In this document: positions 19,461 to 30,245 of the stretch, one piece after another
Position numbering within the stretch: the stretch's first letter is position 1
How the letters are laid out: each line of letters opens with the position of its first letter
Source: a virus
DNA: 64,000 nt
Strand: one strand, 5' to 3'
IMG/VR virus record: IMGVR_UViG_3300005663_000028
Coordinates: 96,001-160,000 of that record
Notes under the pieces: model-generated
The model's database searches: none
What the model saw: only the letters and a program-made list of their open reading frames with translations
What the model was told of the DNA's origin: nothing
Position numbers and translations under genes: made by a program

Positions 19461-19894
19461 GATTTGTCTTCTTTGTCCTGCTCTGTGTATCGAGCGGGTC
19501 CATCCTGAAACAAGTGCTGGAGATGAATTACTTTATTCTCCATGTCATTTAGTAAGGCTGCCATCTCACATTTTGGTGGACGATCGTCATTTAATTTCTT
19601 ACATTCTATCGCATCAATAAGTACTCCGATACATGCTAAAGCACTTGCCAGATGAGGAACTTCGGTTTTTTGATCAGCCCATTCCCCATTAAACCACTTA
19701 TCTAGATGACGATTTACTGCTGCAAAATAAACAGAAGCCTTAACACCAGAGACTCTGTAGTTATAGCCCCCATACTTCAGATCACCTTCAGTCATAGCTA
19801 GAGCACCATACGCCCTTGCTGTAGTAGGAAATAGGCTCAAATCTAGTCTAGCTGTTGCCATTCTATCTTTAGGATTTGTATCTTTTTTCTTCAT
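19457..19894 (-). CDS. dATP/dGTP diphosphohydrolase (DUF5664 / dGTP_diPhyd_N family)
   Basis: EGDLKYGGYNY...YFAAVNRHL..W..GE..D..TEVPHLASALAC signature. Confidence 0.85.
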   Translation of the reverse strand: MKKKDTNPKDRMATARLDLSLFPTTARAYGALAMTEGDLKYGGYNYRVSGVKASVYFAAVNRHLDKWFNGEWADQKTEVPHLASALACIGVLIDAIECKKLNDDRPPKCEMAALLNDMENKVIHLQHLFQDGPARYTEQDKEDKS

Positions 19895-21048
19895 TAAACC
19901 TTTTCCTCCACCAAATAACCATCAGAAAACAACTCTGCCCGAGAAGCCTTCTGTATGATAGGATTAATTTTCTTTACAATATCATCTGCAAACATCTCGC
20001 CAATATCTTTTCCAGTCTCAGGTGTTACGCAAAATACTCGAAAGTAATGAATCAAATCTTGTTCTAACTTCTTCATAGCTTTGAGACCGGCTTCGTCATT
20101 ATCAAGCATACACACAATGGTTAACGCCCCTGCGTTCTGTAGCATCAACCGCTGCTGACGAGACATGCTAACCCCTAGTAGTGCTACGCTATTTCTAATC
20201 CCTGCCGCCTCACATGCCCAAACATCTCCAGGGCCTTCAACCAAAACAGCATAGCCCGTTTTGTTAATAAATGGTTTCGCATACCAAATATTGTAAAGAC
20301 TCAATTCCCCACGGAAGTCTTTGGAATGCTTCCATTTCGTGTACACTCCACCGTACTGCTTATCTGGACACGATTGTCGTTCAGGATGGTGATGCATTCC
20401 ACACTTAGAGCATTTGTCATAAATACTACGACCGGACCATCCAATCACATTTCTCCCTGTCACATCCAGAATAGGGAAAAACGCTCTTTTGTACATAGGT
20501 TTACCCTTAACGTTGCAGAATGAAATATAGTATCTAGCAATAATCTCCGGAGAAACACCTCGGTTAGGATAATAAACCTGATCTGATTGTAGCTGAGAAA
20601 CTATATCTCTCAGTGGTGTCCCCTTCCTATTGATAGTCGCTTGTTTTTTCTTATGCTGCTTGACAAATTTAGCTATCTCAATATCCTGAGCCGTACTTGC
20701 ATCAACACTACACTTATCCAACCCCAATGCCTGAGACACGAATCTGACCGCTTGCTGAAACCCCCATACTTTTTCTGTCTTGCTGCTCATCGCCCCACGG
20801 ACCAACCCAAACACGCTTGTCGATGGACCAGTTATCGGTTCAAGATGACAACCCCTGGTTTTACACTGCCAATGATTAGATCGAATAGCCCAAAACATAC
20901 CTCTTTGATTATCTCCCTCATGAACAGGACAGGCACATTGAAGATAATCGTGACGTTCAACAAATTCTAATCCTAGCGCATCGAACACCTCTGCTATGCG
21001 GTCATTAGCTCGATCTTGGATAAATGCCACTTTGTCACTGCTAATGTG
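19894..21048 (-). CDS. dnaG: DnaG-type DNA primase
   Basis: CPVH zinc-binding domain, IGWSGR, TOPRIM LVEGPGDV and LDNDEAG, KDIGE. Confidence 0.9.
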   Translation of the reverse strand, partial: HISSDKVAFIQDRANDRIAEVFDALGLEFVERHDYLQCACPVHEGDNQRGMFWAIRSNHWQCKTRGCHLEPITGPSTSVFGLVRGAMSSKTEKVWGFQQAVRFVSQALGLDKCSVDASTAQDIEIAKFVKQHKKKQATINRKGTPLRDIVSQLQSDQVYYPNRGVSPEIIARYYISFCNVKGKPMYKRAFFPILDVTGRNVIGWSGRSIYDKCSKCGMHHHPERQSCPDKQYGGVYTKWKHSKDFRGELSLYNIWYAKPFINKTGYAVLVEGPGDVWACEAAGIRNSVALLGVSMSRQQRLMLQNAGALTIVCMLDNDEAGLKAMKKLEQDLIHYFRVFCVTPETGKDIGEMFADDIVKKINPIIQKASRAELFSDGYLVEEKV

Positions 21049-22483
21049 TTTCATGAGCCTCGTTATCCGGCACAGATTGCGCAACTTGTGAAAACTGCTT
21101 ACCTTCTATAAACGCCCCTACTGATAACCTGCTTAAGATATTGATATAATTACCGCTTTCCATTCCCGGTCCGTTTCTAGTGTCTGTTACTACCAATTTT
21201 TTAGTTCCATTTACTGGGGGGTCTTCGTTCAATTCTGTTGGTGTTTTATCTTTTAGGATGGTAAAGTTAGAGCATAGCCATCCAATTCTATCTGACCCAG
21301 AAATTACATGAGCACCTTCTTTTTCAACACCATCTCGGTTTAATTGAACAGTAGCAAGAATGGGTAATCCAAATTTAACGGCAAAGTTATGCAACGCAGT
21401 AATGAGAAACCCGAGTAATTGATGTTCTTGTAGATTATTTTTAAACCCACCATCATCCATCAGTTTCAAATAGTCGTAAATAATTAAACATGGCTTAGTT
21501 GCCCCACTATCAGTAAATCCAACAGTTTTAGATAACCATCGTCTTGCAATCGACATAATTGCTTGCGGAGATAAGCCTGCTACGGAAAAATGATCAATGG
21601 GAAGTTGTTCAATCTTTTTCTGACAACCCCAGAGAGCTTCTGACTCATGTTCATTACTTTCGAATTGACCAGTTTCAACATGATTCAATTCCACGCCAGA
21701 TACCAAAGAAGTTAACCTATACAATTGCATATCACTGGTAAGTTCTGTATCTAAATACAGTACCGGTATTCCGTTCCCTGCTACGTTACGAGCTATATTT
21801 ATACAGAGAAAACTTTTTCCTTGCTTCTGACGAGCCCCAATAACATTAACCGTAGCGGGACGAAAACCTCCTCCAATCATAGCATCCCATATAGGAAATC
21901 CCGTTGGTATACCTACAATGTCCTGTGGATTTTCTGATAAAGCATCCATGGTGCTCTTGAACTTATCTCCTAAAGTTACAACCCCAACACCCTGGCTCGT
22001 TATTTGACCAGTAAACTCAAACACCGGCTCTTCAATTAAGCTGATGATTTCATCAACACCTTCTACTCCAGTAACCTTTTTAAGACTGGATTGTATCGTT
22101 GCTGCTATCATATACGCACGACGAGCTAAGGATAGTTTATATACCGCAGCTACTAATGACCGAACATTATCTTGAGACGACCCTGTTTCACCAATAATAT
22201 CCTCAAGATATTCTGAGTATTTTCCTCCCGTAATGAAATTGCTGTACCCAAGAATTTTTGCCACTGCCTGTATACTCGGAATATCGAATGTTTTAGTATC
22301 TTCGTTATGAACCAGATGGGAGATGATTTTGAAAAGTTTTTGGTTGTGGGTCCAATAGAAGTCTCTTACACTAATAATCTCTTCAACTTCAAAGAAACAA
22401 TCTGCTCCGTACGTAGTTATTCCGGCAAGGATAGCTCGTTCCATACCAGAGTCTTGAAGAATAGCGTTGGTCTTGTTACCCAT
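21041..22483 (-). CDS. dnaB: DnaB-like replicative helicase
   Basis: GIPTGF, Walker A GARQKQGKS, VLYLDTEL, IIYDYLKL, ATVQLNR, ISGSDRI. Confidence 0.92.
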   Translation of the reverse strand: MGNKTNAILQDSGMERAILAGITTYGADCFFEVEEIISVRDFYWTHNQKLFKIISHLVHNEDTKTFDIPSIQAVAKILGYSNFITGGKYSEYLEDIIGETGSSQDNVRSLVAAVYKLSLARRAYMIAATIQSSLKKVTGVEGVDEIISLIEEPVFEFTGQITSQGVGVVTLGDKFKSTMDALSENPQDIVGIPTGFPIWDAMIGGGFRPATVNVIGARQKQGKSFLCINIARNVAGNGIPVLYLDTELTSDMQLYRLTSLVSGVELNHVETGQFESNEHESEALWGCQKKIEQLPIDHFSVAGLSPQAIMSIARRWLSKTVGFTDSGATKPCLIIYDYLKLMDDGGFKNNLQEHQLLGFLITALHNFAVKFGLPILATVQLNRDGVEKEGAHVISGSDRIGWLCSNFTILKDKTPTELNEDPPVNGTKKLVVTDTRNGPGMESGNYINILSRLSVGAFIEGKQFSQVAQSVPDNEAHETH

Positions 22484-22997
22484 TAAGTCTACCCTTAGTT
22501 CCTTTGAGACATTTTGGACACTTTTGTCCTATCTCTCCGTTGGGCCTATCAGAATTAAAAAATTCAGTACATTCGCTGCACGTTGCTTTGTAAATTGTCG
22601 CAGGTGGTCTTTTTACCCTTGTTTTGTTATTCCTTGTTTTCATCGCCTTTTGTTTATTTTTTTCTATTTCTTCAGGATCAGGGGAGTTGGTAATAAAGTG
22701 AGTATTATCATCTGTTAAGATAGAATCGTCTTCTACCTCCTTGGTTTTTTTCTTCTTTTTCCCACTTCCCTTTGGGCGTCCAGACTTTTTCTTTTCTGGA
22801 TTTGTGGTTTTCCGTATTGAGGTATTGGATACTATAGCACCAATGTTAGCCAATGCTTCTTCTGCCGAAAAAGTCCCAATAAATTCCTCTATTTGTGGTA
22901 CCGGCAATGAAATCCCCGTTAACAATGAGTATCCCTGACAAACATCTTCCCAACTACCTTTTGTAATACCTTGTTTTATATAATCTATTGGACTCAT
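22476..22997 (-). CDS. hypothetical protein with AT-hook-like motif and C-terminal zinc ribbon
   Basis: KKKSGRPKGSGKKK; CSEC...CPKC. Confidence 0.55.
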   Translation of the reverse strand: MSPIDYIKQGITKGSWEDVCQGYSLLTGISLPVPQIEEFIGTFSAEEALANIGAIVSNTSIRKTTNPEKKKSGRPKGSGKKKKKTKEVEDDSILTDDNTHFITNSPDPEEIEKNKQKAMKTRNNKTRVKRPPATIYKATCSECTEFFNSDRPNGEIGQKCPKCLKGTKGRLNG

Positions 22998-23413
22998 CTA
23001 TTCACCCCTTCGTTATACCTAGCTCTAACTAACCCACTAATACTTTGTCCAATCATTTCAATTCTACGGGTAAGATATGCAATCCGTTCCACTCTTAACT
23101 CTGCCAACCTTACCCATTCGTTCAGTTTTGGTTTGTCGTCTCCGAATAAACGATTGACTACTTGGCCAGACCATCTGAGAAAGGTCTTACATTCATTCGT
23201 CTTCTGTTGGAGGAATAGGGCGTATTGCGATAAAATGACTGCGTCTTCGGATAATTCTGTTGACGACCTTTCTCTTAGAGACTCCCTTGTAAACCCAAGA
23301 ATATCTTCTACCTCAGTGTTGGATGGTTGATAGTAAGGAAGCCCAAGAGATTCTATCCATCGATCAAGCTCGTTCCTATAAACAGTTTTTTCATCTTGCA
23401 AGCTACTCATCAT
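22994..23413 (-). CDS. hypothetical helical protein (possibly UvsY-like mediator)
   Basis: 139-aa helical ORF between recA and dnaB; resemblance is weak. Confidence 0.35.
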   Translation of the reverse strand: MMSSLQDEKTVYRNELDRWIESLGLPYYQPSNTEVEDILGFTRESLRERSSTELSEDAVILSQYALFLQQKTNECKTFLRWSGQVVNRLFGDDKPKLNEWVRLAELRVERIAYLTRRIEMIGQSISGLVRARYNEGVNR

Positions 23414-23762
23414 AAATCTCTAAAAGTCGAAATCCGTTCAGGTTACACCAATCTCTCTTATTCTGATCCGTAGTCTGCTGTTTGTGAAACGCTCTTTTCG
23501 TTTTATGAAAATGCTTTATGTGCTCTGTGTGTTGACGTCCATGCGCCTCTACCACCAAGTCTAATGATGGTATGAAAAAATCTAAAATAAAACCTTCCCC
23601 TGGAACTATAACCTCCTCAAAAATAACATCATGAGGGTATTGTTGGACTAGTTGCTGTCCTATTTCGTACTGAAATTGTGACTTAGATTTACCTCTAGTT
23701 CGAAGTCTTTTATTACTCAAGCGAAGATTGGTAGTTCCACCACTAAGTAGTTTAACTTCCAT
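23403..23762 (-). CDS. PD-(D/E)XK / Vsr-DUF559-like endonuclease
   Basis: LDFFIPSLDLVVEAHGRQH...DQNKRDWC..NGFRLLEI. Confidence 0.8.
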   Translation of the reverse strand: MEVKLLSGGTTNLRLSNKRLRTRGKSKSQFQYEIGQQLVQQYPHDVIFEEVIVPGEGFILDFFIPSLDLVVEAHGRQHTEHIKHFHKTKRAFHKQQTTDQNKRDWCNLNGFRLLEIYDE

Positions 23763-23763
23763 G

Positions 23764-24288
23764 TTAAACTACCGTCACCACTAATTTTCTAATTGTCTCA
23801 AGTTCTTTCGTTATCAACAGTCGATTGTTGGGCTCCCACCTAACAACTTCTATATCCTGATTTTCTAACATGTCTCTAACAACCGAATTAAGATTATCAA
23901 CCCGAGCATTAGAATACGCTCCTTTTGATGATGTTGTAATCGGTCCATATACTACTCGTTTAATTCCCTTTTGAATGATATGAGCCCAGCAGTGGGTACA
24001 CGGCGGTCCTGTTACATACACAGTAGCCCCATCTAGGTCACCAATAGCATTTAGTATTGCATTTTCTTCTGAGTGTAAAATTGGTGGGTATTTTTCAGGT
24101 CTAGTTTGAGGCATTTTGTCATCATCAACACCCCTTGGGTATCCATTATAACCTTGACCAACAGGACGACCACGTTTATCAACTATTACACATCCACATT
24201 GCGTACTCTCATCTGGACTTCGAACCTTAGCCCAAAGAGCCTGAATCATGAAATAGTCATCAAAACACAATCTACTTCTTAACATCAC
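23764..24288 (-). CDS. dCMP deaminase
   Basis: GYNGYPRG, HSEENAI, PPCTHC zinc motifs. Confidence 0.92.
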   Translation of the reverse strand: MMLRSRLCFDDYFMIQALWAKVRSPDESTQCGCVIVDKRGRPVGQGYNGYPRGVDDDKMPQTRPEKYPPILHSEENAILNAIGDLDGATVYVTGPPCTHCWAHIIQKGIKRVVYGPITTSSKGAYSNARVDNLNSVVRDMLENQDIEVVRWEPNNRLLITKELETIRKLVVTVV

Positions 24289-25327
24289 CTGTCTCCTGTG
24301 GGAGAACTATATCTCTCACTTCGTCTTCTAATTTCTTCAGTTTATCTGGATTCTCAGTCAAAAAATTCGATAACCTAGCAAGCCCCTGAAATTTCGGTGG
24401 ATCGCCGCCATCTGCAAACATCGGAATTGCATACCATGATCCGGCCTTCTCGATTAGTCCAAGGTTCTCTGCTGTCGTAACTATATCCCTGGTAGTGTCT
24501 ATGCCAATTCCATACCTAAGAGGTAATACGCAAGGCAACAGTGGCCTTCCCATCGCAGATGATTGTATTGTTATGTGCATGTCGTGGCCGTCTGGGGCAT
24601 TAGTCTCTGGGTTTTTCTCCCATTGCTTGGTCCAAGTGACCTTTAGCCAAACAGAACAGGCATATTGTATCGCCAACCCACCTTTCTCCATCCACTTTGG
24701 ACCCATGGGTTCCCTGTTGGTCATCATCTGAGATATGAAAATTAAAATTACATCATTAGTATCAACAACTTGCTGAGCCCTTCTGAAAAACGCCGACAAC
24801 AACTTTGCTGGTCCTGCCATATCCTTATTAGAACCAATATCTTCTTCATGTTCTGTCATTGTCGAGAGTGCTGCAATGCTGTCTATTACAACCACGGCCT
24901 TTTTTTGTGTTTTAGCGATGCGTTCTATGATGTTCAAATAGTCTTCTGCCATGAGCGGTTTATCTAGTTGGCTTGGAATTACCTTAAGTTTGGTCGGGTC
25001 AAGTTCCCTAATTGTAGCCAATAGAGATGGGGTACATCGTTTTTCTATATTGATGTAAAATGTGGGACGATTAACCAATTGTGCATTTTTAAGCAATTCA
25101 AGACATAGGGATGTTTTTCCGGACTTTGGCTTGCCTGTTATTAGACAAATTGTTCCATCAGGAATCCCCCCGCTTAATGCCATGTCAAGAGACAATGGGG
25201 TGTGAAGAACATCTCTAGATCGTGGAGCCAGAGCGTCACTCGCTGGAGCAATTATTCCTTCACCATGTATTCTAATAAGAAAAGCATCTAGCGATTCATT
25301 TTCGATCTTCGACTTCTTTTTAGCCAC
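24272..25327 (-). CDS. recA: RecA/UvsX-like recombinase
   Basis: LDMALSGGIP, Walker A GKPKSGKT, VVIDSIAAL, IFISQ, GGLAIQYACS, KAGSWY. Confidence 0.9.
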   Translation of the reverse strand: MAKKKSKIENESLDAFLIRIHGEGIIAPASDALAPRSRDVLHTPLSLDMALSGGIPDGTICLITGKPKSGKTSLCLELLKNAQLVNRPTFYINIEKRCTPSLLATIRELDPTKLKVIPSQLDKPLMAEDYLNIIERIAKTQKKAVVVIDSIAALSTMTEHEEDIGSNKDMAGPAKLLSAFFRRAQQVVDTNDVILIFISQMMTNREPMGPKWMEKGGLAIQYACSVWLKVTWTKQWEKNPETNAPDGHDMHITIQSSAMGRPLLPCVLPLRYGIGIDTTRDIVTTAENLGLIEKAGSWYAIPMFADGGDPPKFQGLARLSNFLTENPDKLKKLEDEVRDIVLPQETGDVKK

Positions 25328-27209
25328 CCTCTATTTCCCTTATCTTTGCCAGTACACCCTTTTTACCCGTATCAACAAATGTTGAATTCCTTTTGGAATC
25401 AATTTCTTTTACGGAGGGTTTTGCACTAAGTTCAGTTCTTTTCTTTTGCAATTCAGCTTTTCTAGCAACAATACACCTAGTTACTTTTTGCACAGTAGTT
25501 TTGTATGATAGTGATTTTATGTTATGCTCTTTAATTATTTGAGTAAAAGCTGTTTGAGTAAGCGGGTCTTTATTTCCAACACTCTTAAGAACATTAGACA
25601 CACCCTTAACTTCGCGTCCGAATTTTGGACCCCAGTATTTTTTGTCACTCCAGAATCTTGGACCTATCTTACTGTTTACATTTAGACAAATCAACTCTAT
25701 AATATAAGCTTGAAAGGTGACATATAACCCAGGTGTTGTCGGTGACTTAAATGGAAACTTTTCACTCTGTGGTTGATGTCGTATTGCCATTATGTATTCT
25801 TTATTAAAAAGAAACCAGCTTCTATCACAGTCTTTTCTTCTGCAAACGCCTGATCGAATTTTGGTTGTCTATACCACGATACATTAACCTTTTGTCCGTC
25901 ATAATAGCCAATACCACAATCATTGTATTGAGGACCGTTCCAAACACCACGGTGCTTGTTTCCAAAGAAATACCCCTTTTGGTTCGGAGGCATTTTTATA
26001 TCCACACCATTCGGTCCCTGAAGTCTCATTTCAGTTATCGAAATACCTGGATTAACCTTTAGCCAATCGGCAAGTCTTGCCCATGCATGTCGAATATTTT
26101 CCTTTCTATCATCCTGAATAACAGTTCTTCCATCAGACAGTGATGCCAAAAATCTCACCACCGGTGTTTTTTTTGTTACTTCAAACGCTAATGTCTGGTC
26201 ATTGACTGTTTCTGTTTTATTCTCCATCTTGATCCTTTCCACTAAAAGGAGAGCGACCCAACTGCTCATCCGCCCTTTGAGATTCACTCGGAGTCATAGC
26301 ATGAACACCTTTACCGGCATTCAGTGCAATTGCTTTGTTCTTAGGTTTAAGGCAAACGAGACGGTCATCCATATGATTAGGCTTTGATTTCTTTTTCTTA
26401 TCCTTTTTGGGTTTTTCTGTTTGTTCGGACATATCTTCTTGGCTAGATAAAAAACTATCAAGAATAGCAGATATATCGCTCAGAAAAACCTGTCGTGTTT
26501 TCGTCGTTTTCCGACCTAGATTCACCGTCGAATCTTCTAGAAACCTTAAAAGCTTTGCCTTAAATTTACTTGCTGTCATTACGAAACCTCCTTTGTGCTA
26601 CAATATACGATGTTCTATTTTTACTTCGCAAAAATGTCGTATACTGCTGATAACACTCCTGACTACACGCTATTAATTTCCAAAACATACCACCACGTTC
26701 TTTGTCTTTCTTGTGTACATTGTTGCTAGAGTTCAGTGGGTCAAACAAGTCCCCCTCACCAGACGCTAACACAAAAAATCTATTATCCAACCACTTAGCA
26801 AAAACCTTAAAATCCACAACCACTCCATCGGTTTTGTGGGGTGTTCCATTTATGTCAACAGTAATTAAATTCATTTTTTAACCCACGTCTTAAAAAGAAA
26901 GTCTGCTTCTGGAGCCCCGGTGGTATCGTTCTCAATATCGAATCCAATCTGATCGTTGGGAGCACCAGGATAAAACTGTCCAGCAACTTGTTCCACATAA
27001 GAATATCCAGAACAAAATCCACACTTAGCAACCACTCTTGTAAGCACTTGTGATTGAGGTTGAGGTTCTTTACTAATACTGGTTAGCTGTAAACACAATA
27101 GTTTTTCCCCACAGTCTGCACAACAAAGAGTGACAATACCTCTGTCTACCAAACCCTTGAGTTGGCGTTCTTGCTGTTTTCCAATTTCGAGTTTCTTTTT
27201 TTCCATCAA
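25320..27209 (-). other. five hypothetical CDS (25320-25790, 25790-26227, 26217-26579, 26566-26874, 26871-27209)
   Basis: coupled ORFs; the last has CxxC pairs; no family recognised. Confidence 0.65.
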
Positions 27210-27517
27210 TCTATCGTTCCTTCCCTAATGTATTTTTCCGGATTCTTGAGTATTCTTTTGTCTACTTTACCATCTCGCCACCACGGTTGCTCTGCCTTAA
27301 ACTTACCCTCTCCAAGCTTATCCTTCTTAGGCAAAACTCGCCCCCCAGTACACTTATTCTTTGTTCCTTCAATGATTGGCGACAAACCCATACCAATCAG
27401 TTTAATCAACTTTGGTCGACCACACCTAGGGCAATCAACAAGAGGCTCTGAAGACATCGAATGAAACGCCTCAAATCCATGATCACACTCACCGCATTCA
27501 TACTCATATGTCGGCAT
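27206..27517 (-). CDS. FmdB-family zinc-ribbon protein
   Basis: MPTYEYECGECDHGFE...CPRCG. Confidence 0.85.
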   Translation of the reverse strand: MPTYEYECGECDHGFEAFHSMSSEPLVDCPRCGRPKLIKLIGMGLSPIIEGTKNKCTGGRVLPKKDKLGEGKFKAEQPWWRDGKVDKRILKNPEKYIREGTID

Positions 27518-28041
27518 TAATCATTCCTAGTTGTTGATAATACTTTCACCGAATCCGGAGGAATTTCTTTAATGTTCTCCATGGGATCAGGCTCTTGACT
27601 TAGGGTGTCAAAATGTGCAAGAACTTTTTCTCTATCACATTCATCAACACCAAACAATAATTGTTCTTTTAATCTTTGCGCCTTTTGCTCTTCTGTCGGT
27701 TTCAAGTTTAGAAGATCACCCAGTCCTTGCGCATCTTCCTTCAAATCCCAAACACAGAAGTTCTGAAAAGTTCTACGAATCCACCTACAAAAACGTGCTA
27801 CTAATCTTTTTAATACCATAATTTCTTATCCCATGTTGATATTAACCTGAATCATATCTTTAACCTGTTCGGCATCACCGTTCATACTGAATTCTTTTAG
27901 AAAAAGAACTATATCCCCAAGAGTCGCTTTATCAAGATAAACATTGTGAAGACGCTGCATATTGGTTGATCTTATTTTTTTCTCAACTTCCCGTTGAGTT
28001 TCTGATTGTTCACAAACAGACATTGTATTGGTTACTGTCAT
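27517..28041 (-). other. two small hypothetical CDS (27517-27819, 27826-28041)
   Basis: ORF track; lie downstream of promoter copy 3. Confidence 0.55.
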
Positions 28042-28068
28042 TCTGTTCCCCTTTTTTGTTTTTCTTAC

Positions 28069-28128
28069 GATAACGGGTATACCCCGTTATCTTACTATAC
28101 CTCTAACTCCTTTTTTTGCCCCACAAAT
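28069..28128 (-). promoter_or_regulatory. conserved phage promoter copy 3 (GGGGCA-N17-TATAGT) with 9-bp hairpin
   Basis: -35 at 28122-28117, -10 at 28099-28094; GATAACGGG-N5-CCCGTTATC at 28069-28091. Confidence 0.78.
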
Positions 28129-28664
28129 GTCCCTCTTTTTCTTGCAAAATGTCCTAAATTTTTCCGATCCTTCTCACAATAATCACCCAGAGCAACACAT
28201 TTTTTCAATTCCCCCTTGATTTTCGACACAGTGTCCGGAGAATCTTTTCCCACATCTTTAATCGCACCGGTCAGCATTGACAACATGTTACCCCGTTTCA
28301 TAAACGCCCGGACCAACAAAAGACCCGCTCCAAGAAAAATTACAGCCATGATAGATGTTCCTATGACTACGGCTCCAGCACCACTATAATTGATAGTCTC
28401 CGCCTGTATGCTTTTCCTCCAGACGGATAATTCTTCGGCGATTTGAGTCGTTTGTTCTATTCGATTGTTGACCTCCCCTATCTGATCTGCAACGACGGTA
28501 TTATCGGCCTTTTGGTCAACGATTTTTTCAAGGACACCCATATCATTACGAATCCCCTGTATATCTGTCTTGACTGCCTCTGGAGAGACGCAGGATAGCA
28601 AGACACAAAATAGAATAGTAAAGACTACAGCACCGACGCTTACTTTTTTCGTTTCTTTGGACAT
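28095..28664 (-). CDS. membrane protein with two hydrophobic segments and a coiled coil
   Basis: VVFTILFCVLLSC and AVVIGTSIMAVIFLGAGLLLV; start MSKET at 28664 with GAGG RBS. Confidence 0.65.
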   Translation of the reverse strand: MSKETKKVSVGAVVFTILFCVLLSCVSPEAVKTDIQGIRNDMGVLEKIVDQKADNTVVADQIGEVNNRIEQTTQIAEELSVWRKSIQAETINYSGAGAVVIGTSIMAVIFLGAGLLLVRAFMKRGNMLSMLTGAIKDVGKDSPDTVSKIKGELKKCVALGDYCEKDRKNLGHFARKRGTFVGQKKELEV

Positions 28665-29077
28665 TTTTGTTTCCTCTTTTCGAATACTGCATTGACTAGA
28701 GCATCCGCACGCTTGTTCTGGTTTCGTGGCACCCACTTAATTGTGTAATCTTCAAAGTGATCCAATAGTTTCAACACGTGATCTCTATGATCTATTAATT
28801 CTTGTTTCTTGGCCTTAAACGCTCCAGTAACTTGCTTAATGATTAACTGCGAGTCACCGATTATATAGATGATATCTACTCCAGCTTTGAGAGCACCTTG
28901 TAGGCCAGCAATCAAGGCTCTATACTCAGCCAAATTTGATGTACCTGTCCCACAGGTTCTACTTCCAGATGCAAAAACTTCGGTTTCATCTTCTGGATTG
29001 CAGATATACCAACCATATGCCATCTGACCCTGTCGAATACCCCCATCGAAATAGAGTGTGGCACAGAATTCATTCAT
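28640..29077 (-). CDS. rnhA: ribonuclease HI
   Basis: YFDGG, SNLAEYRALIAGL, GDSQLII, WVPRNQNKRADAL; ATGA-coupled start at 29077. Confidence 0.92.
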   Translation of the reverse strand: MNEFCATLYFDGGIRQGQMAYGWYICNPEDETEVFASGSRTCGTGTSNLAEYRALIAGLQGALKAGVDIIYIIGDSQLIIKQVTGAFKAKKQELIDHRDHVLKLLDHFEDYTIKWVPRNQNKRADALVNAVFEKRKQKCPKKRKK

Positions 29078-29288
29078 AAAGTTCCCCATCTAATAACTTC
29101 CCCAGTAGAGTGATCAATAGGTTTTCCGAGAACGTGTGCTGCCCATTCCCGCTCCTCCCTGGTATATTGTTGACGTTCGCACTTTGTCCCTCTTCCCGCA
29201 CAAATTTTTTCAGCCATATCCAAAATAAATGTTCGTCCAAAAACAGGACAGTTCATCAACCCAAGATTAAATGTGTCGTCAGTGACTT

Positions 29289-30245
29289 TCAAAACGGTGT
29301 CTCCCCATCTTCAATTTCAGTTATCGGACCTGAGCACATATCGCGCATAAAGCATTTTTTACACGCATATTCATTATCCGTCTTGGGGAAAAAGTCGGGG
29401 TTGTCTCTATTTTCGAAAGCCTTCTTAAGCATTGGGGATTCATTCCGAATTATACCAGCCTGTCGCTTCATGTGCTGCATCGTTACTTCTAGATGTGGAG
29501 CGGCCTGTTCTCCCAATTCTGCAAACGCTGCGAGATACACTGGGATAATCACAATATCTTCTGGCTTCTTGGCCCATTTCTGCTTTAAAGCATAAATCCC
29601 ATAAGTAACCAACTGGTCTATCACTGAGTCAGACACTTTACCAGTCTTCCAGTCCAGGAGATAAACTTTACCTTTATACCTAAATCCACAGTCGATCTTA
29701 AGCGTTACCTCCTCTCCCGTGTCTAGCTGAAACTTCTGGAAATCCTCTAATGTCAACCAATCTTCGTTTTTCAGACCCTTAAGAACCTCGAATAGAGGCA
29801 TCTCATAAAAAGCCTTGAGTGATTTTAAAACCTTCTGCTTACATCGATCGGTAGTATCCTTATCGATATCCTCTTGATAAAAATGTTCTGAGAGGTTAAT
29901 ATTTCCCTTTGGCCTCCCCTGCCACCTCTTATCGATGCTTTGCTTCCAGCCCTTTCTGAGAGCTTGAATGCCACCCTTTTGTGCTTGCTCTAAATTTATC
30001 CACTCTCCAGTGGCCCGACCAGTTGTGATGATTTCTTCTATGATATTATGCACCACTGAGCCCGTCCACATCGCAAAATTCGTCATCTGTTTGAGCATAT
30101 AGGCGCGCCTTTTTTCTTGAGGAGCTTGTGATTCCCAACCTTTCCAGGCAGTATTATACATTAAATTATACTTCCACATACACTCTCGCATACACTGAAC
30201 ACGAGAATTCGACCACGCATAAGATTGCTCGAATATTTTACCCAT
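29289..30245 (-). CDS. PD-(D/E)XK nuclease superfamily protein
   Basis: GSVVHNII, KIDCG...LLDWKTG, QLVTY, C-terminal CKKCFMRDMC. Confidence 0.85.
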   Translation of the reverse strand: MGKIFEQSYAWSNSRVQCMRECMWKYNLMYNTAWKGWESQAPQEKRRAYMLKQMTNFAMWTGSVVHNIIEEIITTGRATGEWINLEQAQKGGIQALRKGWKQSIDKRWQGRPKGNINLSEHFYQEDIDKDTTDRCKQKVLKSLKAFYEMPLFEVLKGLKNEDWLTLEDFQKFQLDTGEEVTLKIDCGFRYKGKVYLLDWKTGKVSDSVIDQLVTYGIYALKQKWAKKPEDIVIIPVYLAAFAELGEQAAPHLEVTMQHMKRQAGIIRNESPMLKKAFENRDNPDFFPKTDNEYACKKCFMRDMCSGPITEIEDGETPF

